A program made the position numbers and the translations under genes. A stretch of 64,000 nt of DNA. It comes from Camelus ferus. Its lineage: Eukaryota. The stretch is taken from contig NC_045696.1 in assembly GCF_009834535.1 (NCBI RefSeq), forward strand, positions 114,702,001 through 114,766,000, written 5' to 3'. The notes beneath the pieces are model-generated. The model worked only from the letters and a program-made list of their open reading frames with translations. It did not search any database and was not told the origin of the DNA. Shown in pieces: positions 10,491 to 24,149 of the stretch; position 1 is the stretch's first letter; each line of letters begins with the position of its first letter.

Positions 10491-13400
10491 TGATGGAGAG
10501 AAAAGTGTTATCACCTCTCTCAAATCAGTGAGTTTGAAGATGAATCAGTAATCATGAGGTGCGATCTCATTTTTGTAGGTGATGAAAAACAGAAGTAAAA
10601 GGAAAGTCCAAGACTTTCTCAAAATATGGCTGGAACTGGAATAAATTGCCTTGTTCCCTTGATTCTTATTCTAGGTCTCTAGCCACCATGCCTTGATGCT
10701 CTGTTTCAAAAGACCTCGGACTGATAGGGTTACACGATGTGACAGGCCGTGGCCTGGACCCACCATTGACCTGATAACGTGGGGGAAGATAGAATACGGA
10801 AGAGAAATATGTCACGGGAGCACAGCAAAGAATTCCCTTCTGTGATAGTAGATTGACATTAAGTCTGACAGGGCTCCTTCCTTAGCCTAAGGGCATAGAA
10901 ACCATGACTCAGGATGCCTGTATCCTGGTGGGGTCCTCACTCCATGTGGGTGCAATTAATCACTCATGTTGGTAGCGCATCCTTGTGGAGCTAAGGAGAC
11001 CTTAGGAAGACATAACCTATTATGCCCTTGAATCTGTACCTCCTGTCTTATTCACATGGGGTTTTTGAATAGAAAACAAAAGCAAATTTGAACTGGGTGT
11101 AAATCTTCATCTATTCCACTTTTAGAACCCTCTTTTTGGTCTAATATAGCTGAAACATTTGTTGTCAACATAGCAATTTAACAGGTTTGCTTATAATTTA
11201 TAGTTAATTGAAATCTATCTTTCCTAAGCAAAATCTTGAATTTCTCCCCAATCAGGTAGTGTTCCATTTCCATTCATAGACAATATTTAATTATAGTTTA
11301 CTTTTTTTAAAATAGAATGTTTCACTGAGCCTGTGAAAATGTCTAATTTTGATTGACACAGAGAGGGGAATGAGGATTGGTACATAACTGATGAATCAAC
11401 TTTGAGAAATATCCCCAGAGAGTAGAAGAGACAAGAGAGAGACACACATGGGGTAGCGAAGTGCTCACAGAGCTGGGAGGAGGTACCAGTGATTCTGAGA
11501 ACCAGAGATTCAGAGGGAAGAGTTAACAAAAATAGTGAATATTGAACAGTATCAAAAGCTGCAGAAATGATCTCTGGATCTGACACTTCAGAGGTGATCA
11601 GTGACCTTTTTGGTGATGTTTAAATACGCCGAAGCCAGGAAGTGTGTAGATGTCGTGGTAGTGAACAAATAGAGCAGGTGAGCATTAATTCCAGAAACCT
11701 GAGAAATTAAAATGGAGCTTAGATAAGTATCAGGGGCAGTCACCTTTATTTTTTAGAGGGAGGAATTTATTTATATCTGAACACTCAGTGGAAGGAGGAC
11801 CAGTGAAAAGTGACTTATTAATACCTAGCAGTTATTAAGTATAGTGAGAGTTTTCAGCTCAGATTTCTGTACTGCATGCTTTATTACATGTCTTTTGTCT
11901 GGAATAGCCCTTGGGGGATAGAGATATGGTTAAATAATCTTTAGGTATTCAGCACATACCGTAGTATAAGGCACAGAGCATATTGATAAATATTAAGTTG
12001 AGCTAAAAAAACCAGGTCCTGCTGACAAAGAAAATGAAAGAATGGCTGTATATACACGTGGCTATACTAATAGACGATGAGTAATTTCCAAATATTAGCT
12101 GTGTACTTTGGCTGTTTCATTTACTGTAATTGTTTTGTGGTATCAAGCTTTTATAACGTTTAGTTATTGGGCTTCACCAAATCTGCTAAACTTTACAAAT
12201 GATGGAAAACCAACCAAACAGGGAGGGACAGTTTTTAAGCAAGGAAGCATTCAGGAGCACACACTTTATAAACATGTATACATATATAATGTGCATATGC
12301 ATGTGTGTACATATTTATGATGTGTGTCTGTATATCTACACCTGTCAACACACATATTTAAATATTGACAACACTTTCTTTTTTAGAAGTCCAGTAAGCA
12401 TCGTTTTGGTGCATCCTACCTTTGCTTCCTTTTCATTCTTTCTGTACTGCTTTATAATGAATTTCGAGACTAAAAATATTGTTACCTTCTGTAGTCTGGA
12501 AGCAGTTCTCAAAGGAGAAAGGACAGGTAGCTACAGCCATGTGTATTAAACTTATTCTTGACTTAGCATCAATTTCCATTCACTCCACATTGATGCTTCT
12601 GTAATTCTGTGTTTATCCATTGTAAAAATCACACATTTCACACTGCTTTCCCTGCAGTGGAAGTTCAGTCTACACTTACACAGATCTTGAATGACTAAAC
12701 TATTATGGAGTTCTGTGTTATCAAAACTGAGATATTTTCTCTCATCTGTTTATGCCTCTCTTCAAATTACTCAACTAGAAATTTGTATAGAAATCATATA
12801 GTAATCCAAGTTTTTTCTCAGAAAGTAGAATTTTCAAAGTGTCATTTGCTTTCATTATATTTTACGCCGTATATAAAATTAAGCATGCACTAAGGCGTAA
12901 TTACTTAAGATAATTAACTTACAGGGACCTGTTCTCTTGGGTGTTCATAATGAACTCTCTCCTACCTTCTCCAGGCTTTCAACTTACTAGAAAAATATTT
13001 CAACCAAGTTTTAATGGACGTTTCTGTGCTTTCAACATTTTGTTAGAGGCTCTGAGACAAATGACGTGTGGATAACACAGAACTCCTACCCTGCGGCACC
13101 TCCAACTCTGGTTGGGAAAGAGGTGGTGCATTTTCTTTGTTCAGTCAACTTGCTGTATGGAAAGTTAGTTGTTGGAAATTTGCAGAATCCACCTTCTTTA
13201 TTTCCAGGAGGCCAGGCCCTGGTCCATGGATAAATAACTGGATGTAAACCATTGATAGCTCTGGTCATCTATAAGTGTCTCCCATCATCTTGAGGATATA
13301 AAACTAGTGTGTGGCCATTCCTCACCTGGCGTTTTGAAATGTTGTGAATCCCTACAAATATAAGAGGAAAAGGGGAACAGAAGGTTGAGAAAATAGAATC

Positions 13401-15198
13401 TTTCCATTATTTCTGCTGTTTAATTTCCATCAGTATCCGTCTCATCTTAAAATCAACAAATATTTTAAAGCCCATGTCAAGTCTGGGTTACTTTTCTGCG
13501 ACCACTGAGTGGATTGGTCATTTGTGGGAGGTTTGTAATACCAAGCAAGCATCTTAATTGTATTTGTTTTGATAAGATGTAGATCTATCCATTCTTATAA
13601 TGAACATAGCACATTAGAAACAAAAAAAAGTCACGGAAAAAAATTCAGCTTTATTTCCCAGTGTTGAAATGATTCATAAAACGTCGTTAGAATGATTTAC
13701 AAAGTATTCCTAAATGTATAATTCTTAATGACTTTCCACTGTTTAGCAGCAAGCAAATGAATGGGCTTTTAAGACTCTTTATTTGAATTATTATAGGCAA
13801 AGAAAGCTACTAGAGGTGTTCATTAAAGGTGCATAAAATAACCCCTCCCCACTAATACTAAGGTTCCCCCCCCTAGGAAAACAAAACACTCTTTGCTCAA
13901 TGGGTTCAAAGCTGTCACTCATCACCATTATGTCTGCAATAAACCAGTTTAGGCACACACGGCAGCTCCCTGGGGTTTGCAGGTGCTATATATTTAAGCT
14001 CAGTGTTTCCAGATTATTAAGCCACATTATGTTAAGACTTGGGGTAAAATGTGACTCTGTTTTTAGGAATGCTATAATCAAAGTTTCTTTTTCCTAATGA
14101 GAATAATATAGAGACAATTTTAGTCTGGTTTGATATTTAACCTCAGCCAGTTGTAAATATGAACTTTGATACGTAGTGAAATACTTGATAAAATGCTGTG
14201 GAAAACAGCTGTCATATGTGATGAGATAAAAATACGTAATTTCCTCTGTAGGTCACCAGCTTAACTTTTGAAAATAATAACTTAGAGATTTCTCCAGCAA
14301 AAGTCACATGGAGTATATAAATAGCTTGAGTGTAATTAAGACAAAAAAAAAATCAGAAGTCACACACTAACTTAGAGTTACTACTGCTGAATAAGTCAGT
14401 TCCATAAAACTCTTTCTGATACAGTTGAATGGCTTTTGGGTTCCAACAGATAAAAATAAAATTAGGTTTTGGTGTTGTGCAACTTTCAGTATGATTTCAG
14501 TTATTACCCTAGGAGGACAGCTCTACTTTAAAAATTTTACTTCAAGTTCCATGTTGCATTATAATGGAACTGTTTTTTAGAATGTTTAAATTTTCTGATT
14601 TTATTGAATTCCTTATTTTAATACTGTCGCTTTCCACTTCTAGTCAACAATTTAACTGTGTAAACCTTATCTAGGGAGGAGAAAGACATGTTGTCCAGGT
14701 TCCTTTGAGGGTGAGAATTAGTCACACGAATTTGTATTACTTAATTTAATCTGGATCAGTAATTTAGTATATTTAATCTATAACATCAGTGCCAGATAGT
14801 TTTTTAAAAAGTAGAATTGATTTGTTTTAGTGGACTCTGAATACTGAGTACATACATATTTTAGAAAATTCAGAAAAGCCCCAAGTAAAAATGGGAAGTA
14901 TCCAAAAACCCACCACCCAGATAAACTTATTTTTTTTTTTCATTTTATTTGGCAACACAAAGGTTACTTCACTGTAGGCAAAATATATGGAAAGAGATCC
15001 TATACACAGTTATGTAATACTATTTAATAAAGGTTCATGAATTAACACATTTACATCACTTTTTAAAATTTGCCAAGAAATATATGTTTAATAGAAATCT
15101 GGGAAATGAAAGTAGAAACAAATCTTCCCCAGAAATAACTATGACAAAACTTGTGGTTAATTTTCTTGTGGTTTTACTTCTACACGTATGTTTATGTA

Positions 15199-15786
15199 TG
15201 TCGATCCCCTTGAGGCAAAGACCCTCAGGAACACACCTATGGTTGAACAAGTTGGGTTTGTTACCTGTTGCACTGAGGAAGAGTATATTCTGTGGGGAAC
15301 TGCTGAGTAGGACAGTATTAGAAAGGAGTAGAAAAGTGTATTAGAAAAGACTGATGGTAGGATTTAGGCTTTGGTTAGGTGATTTGGAGGAGGGTTTAAG
15401 GGAGTAAGGTTTTGCTTTGGATTGGTTGCTGTCAGGAAACAGGGCTAATTCTGTGATCATCTTAATAAATCTATCCAGAAGGAGGGAAGGCCAGACAGAG
15501 ACTGACACTGTAATTGGTAAAGAAGGAATAATCCCTCGCGTTAGCCAGGATACTGGAACGCTGGGTCATTTTTGTAGTCTGATAATCCTTGTAATTTGTG
15601 TTCAGACCTCGTGCAGTGATCTTATTTTTGTCTGGAACCATCATGGTCCTAGAGTGTCCTTATGTGATGTTGATGTCCTGTGAAATTATTTGCATCCTGC
15701 AGGAGAGCAAGCCTGCCTGTGAGTGCCAGGTCAACGCGTAACCATGCTGGGGCACTGGGTCACAGGGGCTGCTTTTCTTTTTCTCA
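15199..15786 (-). mobile_element. ERV1-class solo LTR (MER90-like)
   Basis: About 590 bp, TG...CA. The - strand begins TGAGAAAAAGAAAAGCAGCCCCTG, as recalled for MER90-type LTRs. Confidence 0.65.
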
Positions 15787-15827
15787 TACATTGTGGTCAT
15801 ATTTTATTTTCAATATAAAAGCTGATA

Positions 15828-15928
15828 CTCTATGAGAGCAGGAAACTTTTTCCATTTATTGTTACCATTGCTGACATCTAGAAATCTGCTTGGCTCACTG
15901 AAGCTACTTAATATCTGTTGAATGAATA
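15828..15928 (+). mobile_element. L2 3' end
   Basis: ctctatgagagcagga..tctagaa..cttggc..aatatctgttgaatgaat. Confidence 0.75.
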
Positions 15929-16019
15929 TGACTGTTTAACAAAAAGTAGTTGCATATTATAGAAAATTTGATGAATGCAGAAAAGAATCATGAAAAAAAA
16001 TAAAACGTATGAGAATTCT

Positions 16020-17050
16020 ACTTCCCACCTGATGGACTAGATAATTGGGATCTACCCTCCTAGGACAAATATAAAAATGGAAAAAAACTCGAGGACATTA
16101 AAGAATGATCAAAGAATGAAAGAATTATCAAACTAGAAACCTGGAGCAAAAGAAAGCCCAGAGGGGCAGATCTAACTCTGGGACCTCATTTGATGATTCC
16201 AAAGGAGGAAGCTAAAGAGATGAGATGTAGACACAGCTTTAAACAAAAAGATGTGGTTAGGGTAATAAAAATTGGAGCCCCAGGGCTTTGATTTGAGTTC
16301 TCAAGGACTAGACCCCAAAGTAAAGGCAAATCCAACACTGACTAGTCCCCACACGTACTAAAGACCAGCTTTGAATCATCTTCCTCTCTGTTTGGACTAA
16401 GATGGTCTAGGATGGCTAATACTCTTGCCACCAGCCAGATATAAAAGCAAAGTCTCTTGCAGAATGATAACACCTTATTAGACTTCAAACAATGGCTACA
16501 ATTTTTCAAATCCAACATCCTACACTCAATCCAAAAATAACCAGCTACGTGCACTCACAAGACAATGTGATGAAGAGCCAAGCGGAACCACAGACAAAGG
16601 TGAAAGGCTCACAGGACTGCAGATCATGCAGTTCATCAGGCACAACTCTAAAACCACTCATCTTCATGTATTTAAGAACATAAAACTTACAGTCATGAAT
16701 TTCGATTAATAGAAAATGATCAACGAAATCCAAATAAAAGTTCTGATATTGAATTTGCCTAGCCCTCAGGTGAACTTGTAGTCACAGGTACTGGGGAGCT
16801 GGGCAACAATAAACCACATATCCTGAAAATTGGTACAACTAGGTGTTCATGAATCGTCTCTTAGTCAATACGGATAAATAAAACATTAAAGATGTATTTT
16901 ATAAGTAGTGATATGACTGTTAACCTGATGACGAGCAAAATATTCCTTTTAACAACTGGATCAACTTAGTGAAGGTTCCATGAGTAATCACTGTATTATT
17001 CTTCTACGTGTTCTGCAGTCTTAAATTGTTTCCAGCTAATACGTTTCAAA
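16020..17050 (+). mobile_element. Ancient L1M fragments
   Basis: A-rich text with L1M-like motifs, e.g. acaatttttcaaatccaacatcc..caatccaaaaataaccag, and a 3'-end-like segment at ~16850-17050. Confidence 0.45.
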
Positions 17051-19949
17051 CAAAAATCAAATAATTGGTATTTAGAAAAGTGAGATCACAAATTTTAAAT
17101 CAAGTGCATGTACCAGGAAGCTAGAGAAAATATTTTCCTAAATTTACTTTAGAAGTTACTTAAACCCAAAAGATATGAGTTTTGAATCTAAGAATTACAA
17201 ATTTAGTTATTAAATTACTATATCAATGATGTTCCTTTCTTAGCAGAATTTTTGAAAAACTTAGGTGGATCAGCAGGACTTCTTAAGTAATTCCTAGCAA
17301 ATACACATGGGGCAACATATTTTGGTAATCTATAGCTGATGCAAATTTCACTCTGAGTTCTAGCTAAAGGAGCCCTTCACAAAGTTTATTCTTTCTCCAT
17401 TGCAGAGGCTGTCTTCTTTCCTCTTTTGGAAAGAGCTGTGTCTGAAATTTTGCGCTGTGATTAAAAACCCCATGAGTATTAACGACAAAATTGTTGCTTT
17501 ACAGGTATAGTTTACGTAATTTAATTTCATGAAATAATAGTAGTAAGCTCTCATTAATGTTATAATTACATGTAGCCGTTAAAGTAAATATCTCATTATA
17601 AAGGCTTTATTGCTCCATTCACATTACTTTGCATGACAGTTACTAGGTTTTCTACAATCTGTTTATATGAATTGCTAAGAACTTTAAAGGGAGGTTATTA
17701 AATGAATGTTTAAGAAATAAACACTTCTTATAAATTATTCTGATTAGTGTGTTCCTGGACAGACTTCAGGGCTATTCATATTGCATAACCTAAGTGAGCC
17801 CTTTCATCATAAAGCATGACATGAACTAAAAAATAATAAGTGGCCAACATTAATGAAATCTGGAATAAAGACACTGAAATATTTGTCACAGGAATACTTA
17901 ATGAATAGCTTGCTCTGAAATCAACTTACGGTAAAGTTGGCACATGGAATTTAAGCTTCAATAAATCTTCTATGCTGCAAACACAAAGCAATGAGAAATA
18001 AACACTAAGACAAAGAAATAATGTGAGACAGAGAGACAGAGAGACACACAGAGAGACAGAGAAAGCAAATATACAAATGACAGGAGAAGCAACACAGTAA
18101 AGTAAACATGGGCACAGACCAGAAAAAAGACAGACTTTGGGCTGACACTACAGGCCTTCTGACCTCTGCCTCTAAACTTGGGAGTGGTTATTTAAAGTTG
18201 AACCTATAGATTTTAGGGACAAAAAGTGCAAAGTAGAGATAGGCTTGCTCTTCAAAGCAAGAATTTGATTGGACTCTCCATTTACTTGACAATTCATTCA
18301 GTAACTACACAAGCCCCTACTCTGCCTCCAGTACCGTTCTTGTGCTGGGTGTGCATTTGTGCAGATACAAATCCCTGCTTGCATGGAGTGAACACTGCAG
18401 TGAAAAGAAGCTCGTGGGCTAGCTAGGAGAACCAGGGTGAGAGGAGAGTGGGAAGAGAACCTCCCTCCCGAAGACAGATTGAGACATTTTACCTGCTGAT
18501 CTGTTTTATCATATTAAAATGATTAGGCTCTTTATTTTATCCCTTAAACTGCTGAAACAAAGACAAAATGAAGAGAAATGCTTTAAGAAATAACAACATT
18601 ACATCCTGTCCAAGGATAGCATTTACAAAGCGTAGGGGCCAAAGTGATGTGTCACTTCCACGAGGCTTCGCTAACCGAGGGCTCCTTTGCCCTGGCCTCG
18701 AGCTCAGTTTAAACACACATCGGATGCTCCCCGTCTGCCAGGCCATGGGCAGTCTGCCTCGGGGCCAGCAAAATAGGATGTGGCACCACCTGCTCTGTGG
18801 AGACCTCCACACAGAGAAGAGATTCTTCACTGGGTGGCTGGGTCCCCATGCAGATTTGTGTTAGATTTAAGGAAATCCTTGGAGTCCCTGGAGTGATGCA
18901 CAAAAATGTGTCTCTGTGTGTTTTCCAGTGTGCTGGTCAGTCACTGTCATTGCATTTGGGAAGGGCTGATGTCTCCTATGCTTCGGTGGTACCACTGCTC
19001 CAGGATTGGTTATCTAATGAATGCCCATGGACTCTACAAAAGAGAACAGAGAAGCAAGCTTTCACAACTTTTGTGAAATTTCTGTGAAATTTCCCTACTG
19101 ATAATTTAACTTAGGAAATTAGGTTTCTCATTTTACAATAATTGTCATCTGAAAGACAATTTATTCCCCCTATTCTCTTTGCAGCTAAAGCGGTCCTTAC
19201 ATTATTCAAGTTGTAAGATTTAACACTCCCAACGACCAGCTTTCAAATTGGCTTTTGTGGCCCATTCTCACTTATACTTGCAAATTAGGGTGGAGGAGTG
19301 ATAAAAAGAAACTCTCCGATAATCTCCAAACCTCATTTTAGCCAATAACTTCCACGCTTTCCTTATTCATTTTTTTTTTTACAAGAAGTTGAAACAGGTT
19401 TCAAAAATAAATCACCTGGATTTCACTTCCATTATTGTCCCTCTATCCCATATAGCGAAGGTGTTAATGACCCAAAACAAAAGATCTGGAACCTTGTAAA
19501 TGGCTCAAGGAGTCTAAACATGAGGTAATTTCCTATTTTCTGGCACCCCAGCTGCTTTTATCTACGAACCTTCAGCCTTATGATAAATGCAGGAATATGT
19601 GTGAATAAATAGTATAAAATACTTCATGTGTTTTATTCTCATAAGCTTATTTTTTTTTCCCCTTGGGAAACAACTCGATAAAAGTTCACATAATAAAAAC
19701 AAATGTGTAATGTCTCACTGCAATTTTATTGTATTATTTTATGTGATATGATATGCAGTTGCTTTTATAATAAGACAAAGTCTGGATTTAAGGAGGTCTT
19801 TTTGGGTTTAGTAACCAAGCCACCCTGGATATGGCTCTGAGATCAGCCCACCATATGGTGCTTAATTTGGGGACTAATGTCATATTATGTTTTAGAGTAC
19901 AATATGGTTTATTACAAGCTGTATTATGTTTTAGTGAATACTCGGCCAA

Positions 19950-20160
19950 TAGGCTACCTAAATTTGAATCTCAGCTTTCATGCTGTTTATAACTAGCATG
20001 ACCTTGGGCAATTTACCTGACTTTCCTAAACTTTAATTTTCTGATCTCTAAAATGAATGATGACATTATCACCATTATCACCATCATCATCATCATTTAC
20101 AGGGTCACTGGGAGGATAGAATGGGAAAATTTATTTAATGTGGTTAACATAGTCACTGGC
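19950..20160 (+). mobile_element. MIR SINE
   Basis: tttgaatctcagct..tgaccttgggcaatttacctgacttt..aattttctgatctctaaaatg. Confidence 0.8.
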
Positions 20161-21531
20161 CCCTTTTCAGGAAAGTGAGATTTTATAAAAGACAGAATTT
20201 TCCTCTTAAGTAGCCAAGAAACACTAGCCCTTCCTTTTTCTCACTTCAAGGTAGCAAATACAATACTGTATCAGTTTCCTCTTCTCAGATATTTCTGAGT
20301 ATTCCTAAAGAATGTTTTCTTGATGCTATCAAGCTATAGGAACAAGTTGTCTACAATTACATAAAAACCAGGAAAGAATCTCAAATACATATTGAGAGCC
20401 TGACACAGAAGATTACACCCACTCTGATTCTGTTCCTCCCTTGCATGGGGCACATAGTGATGAGAGGAGAGCAGAAGAAGGCCTTCTGGGGTTCTGAGAA
20501 TGTTCTGTTTCTTCAACTGCGTGCTCCCTCCATGGCTGTGTTTATTTGGTCTATGAAAGGGTATCAAACTGAATACTAAAAATGTCTTGAAATCAGAATG
20601 CTGCCTTATATGTTGAAAACACGAATCTATCCAGGTGTTAACTTGTCCCATGTCTTGACCCTCTGTCTGATACTGATGCCCCATTCTTGGCTGGTTTCTT
20701 CGTGCTTTTTTAACTTGTCCCTACTCTCTACTCACCCTGCCTGTGGATTCAGACCTCTCCCTCTAGTGCTCAACACAGAGGAGAACAGAGTTTAATAAAA
20801 CTCTCCTCATGAAAAACAGGAAAGAATTAAACCACAAGCAGAAAAAGCCCAGGAGATAGGCAAGAGCTAGATCCCAGGGCCTGAGCCCTCAGCACAGGGC
20901 TCTTGGCTGGCCCTCTGGTGGCCTGTGGGGTGGGATCATGTTGTGCAGCCCAGATACCTCCCCCCTTCCCTTGCACACAGGAGCTTCTCTGATGTATTTT
21001 CTGGAATTCTAGGCCCCCAGATTTCTCTAGGGCTTGGGAAGGGGAGTTTCCCCGTCACCTCTCTGACTCAGGTCTACCCGAAAGTCTGCAAAAGTCGATG
21101 CAGTCAGGAAGTTTGACCACAATGGATGCACCCTCTTGTGTAAGACAGAGGCACAATAATTAGAATATAAGTGTTCATGGTTCTTTCCGCTTGTCATATT
21201 TTGAATGGAGATTCAGACTTAAGTCCAAATTCAAAGAGACAAATTTGAGTCATGCCCTTTAGGACCTCACCGGAGGGGAAAACAGAAGGGAGGGAGGGAG
21301 GGGTGGGGATGGACCTACCTTTGCTTTTGGCAACTAGTGACTGAGGGGAAGCGGCGCCAGTGTGGTGAACTGTTTATGAGAAAGGGGAGATCACATGACC
21401 ACTGTGACGTATGGTGCTTGGGGGGAAGAGATGGATAATGATTATTATTGGGAAATTATGCCCTGTGTTATGTGGTGAATTTCCTCCCTGCCACCTCTCA
21501 ACAGCATTCCCAGTTAAGAACATATTAGGTT

Positions 21532-21945
21532 TATTTGTAGCAACATGGGTGGACCTAGAGATGATCATTCTAAGTGAAGTAAGTCAGAGAAAGACAAATA
21601 CCATATAATAACACTTATAGGTGGAATCTTAAAAAATGATACAAATGAACTTATTTACAAAACAGAAACAGACTCACAGACATTAGAAAACAAACTTATG
21701 GTTACCAAAAGGGGAAGGAGGGGAGGAGGAATAAATTAGGAGTTTGGGATTAGCAGCTACAAACTACTGTATATAAAATAGATAAACAACAAGGCCCTAT
21801 GGTATAGCACAGGGAACTATATTCAACATCTTGTAATAACCTATAATGAAAAAGAATATGAAAAAGTGGGTGAATCACTATGCTGTACACCGGAAACTAA
21901 CACAACACTGTAAATCAACTCTACATCAAAAAATAAATAAATGAA
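21532..21945 (+). mobile_element. 5'-truncated L1 (ORF2 end plus 3' UTR, artiodactyl/camelid type)
   Basis: Encodes FVATWVDLEMIILSEVSQ (ORF2 C-terminus), followed by 3' UTR and A tail. Degenerate TSD aagaac(a)ta(t/c)tagg at 21516 and 21946. Confidence 0.95.
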
Positions 21946-22354
21946 AAGAACTACTAGGCTTTAGACTAAAAACTGTGATTCTTTTTTGATCTTTCATGAT
22001 ACTCAGACTGGCCTTAAAAGAGGGCAAGATGGCCCAGTTTTACAGATTACATGTATCGATCAAGATACAAAGATTTATAGAGCAGTTTTCCAGAACTTGT
22101 CATTTATGATAGATTTTTTGGGGGCTTTGTTGTTGCATAACTAAAGGACCAATTCCACTTGCCCCCTCTCCCCACTAAAATAAGAACAAAAGTGCATTCA
22201 ATACCCCAGCATCCCAAACTATTCAAAAGTGCTAAAGCTGGACTTTTCTAAATAGTTTATTGTTCCTCTCACACTTTAAAAAATCCTGGAACAATTTTCT
22301 AAAAAAGCTCAAGGCCAAAACACCTGAACTTCCTTGTCTTCAGAATTTATTATA

Positions 22355-22610
22355 ATCATAATCATAATGAACAATTATATAGCACTCTTTGGCATGCATT
22401 GTACTAAGAACCTTATATTTTCATTTGTTTAATTATCACAACAAATCTATGAAATGGGTATTATCATTATAACTTTTATCTCCATTTACTATAAAAGAAT
22501 CTGATGCACAGAGAGGTTAAGTGACCTGCCCGGGGTCACACAGCTGGCAAGTGGTGGGGCTCAGATTCAAACCCAGGCAGTTTGAGATCTCTGCTTTTAC
22601 TCACTATGTT
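22355..22610 (-). mobile_element. MIR SINE, near full length
   Basis: ctgatgcacagagaggttaagtgacctgcccggggtcacacagctggcaagtgg..gattcaaacccaggcagt. Confidence 0.92.
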
Positions 22611-22749
22611 TCACTTTCTCGAAAAAGACCACTTTGTCAGTCTCATGCTCAGCACAGATAGTGATGATAATAAATCAAAAGGGAGGAGTGATTGAAGAGG
22701 TGTCACTTGTGATGAGTGGAGGTCAAGACGTGTAAGGGACGGTAAAAGA

Positions 22750-23160
22750 ATCTCTCTTTCCAAAATGCTCTTGCTGTATCCTACATTTCCTTTTCCAAGT
22801 GTGCTTTAGAATTAGCTTGTCAAATTCCATTAAAAAATGCTGTTGAGATTTTGATTGGGGTTGCCCGGAATATATAGGTAATTCGAGTAGAACTGAAGTC
22901 TTTAAAATACTGAGACTGCTCATAGGATCATGAAATGTTTTTCCGTTTCATTTTCTGCTGTTGTATTAGTCAGCAAATCTGTGTATTTCTTCACTTAAGT
23001 TGTGCTTTCTGTTATTTATCTCTGGTTTTATTTGTGTTGTGACTATGAATGGACTTCCATTATATTATAAATCTTGTTCTTGGTATGCAGAAGAGTCATT
23101 ACACTGTACATATTTATTTCACAAACAGACACCTTACTGAAATACCTTATTAGCTCTAGA
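22750..23160 (-). mobile_element. Old L1M ORF2 fragment
   Basis: - strand translation FLMEFDKLILKHTWKRK matches the L1 ORF2 FxELDKLILKFIWK motif. Confidence 0.8.
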
Positions 23161-24149
23161 CAGTTGGGGGCAATGATTCATAGCCATCACTTAGCACCTT
23201 GCCTGACTCATTGTAAGGACACAGTGAAGGTTATCTCCTGTAATTTTTATTATTAAAAGACAGATTCAGCTTCTCATTTTAGGTACGATTTTGCAGCTCT
23301 ATCCAGAAATGAAATTGTTTAGTAGGATTTTGGCATTGGCTTTTCTTTTCAAAAGTCTATTTTTCATTATCTTTAAGAATATAACAGCATTTAGCATTCC
23401 CTCCCTTGAAGAGTAGAAATTAACCATCTTTAGCTGAATCCCACATGCAGTCTCCCCCTGCCTCCTCCCAGTTTTGTACTCTTGAAGTTTCAAGTCTGGA
23501 TGGTTGTTATAACGAAGTGTGTGAGCATTGTTAGTCATCAGCTCGTGATCAGAAGCCAGGGAGGTTGTGGGGGAGCCTTGCTGGTCCAGCACTTCGCCCA
23601 TTTTCTCCTCCATTCCCCACTCCCATCTACTTGTTTTCCTGAACCCTGTGGGGCCTTATGAGTATCAGAGATAATGTGAGAGGTTTTCTCAGTTATGAGC
23701 CAGCCCTGTCTTTGTAACCCAGCAACAGAGAGCCCCGGGCAAGGACGGGAAAGGGATACACTGTAGGAAGAGCCTGACCTACAGAAAGCTGAGGGTGTGC
23801 TGTGGGAATGATTGATATTAACGCCAAATATTTATTCCAGATCTCCCTGTAAGCCACAAAGAGTCTGGGCATGTTTTTTGGGCATGCTTTTCCTGCCCCT
23901 AAGGGTAGAGGAGGACCAGGACCCAAGAAGATTCCTCTGCCCAGGTCTTCCACATTTCCTGGCCATGAGAGTAGACTGCCTACTTTCCACCATCTTCAGG
24001 AAGGGTGCCACCTACAGCCCTACGAGGTCCCATCTGAGGAAGAGAACAAAGTCCATTTAAGGTGCCCCGGCAATGAGAAGGGGAGACAGAGCAGAACAAA
24101 CAGAGCACCAAGCTAGGGCTGCTCGGGGAGGCAGTGACGACCCAATTAA

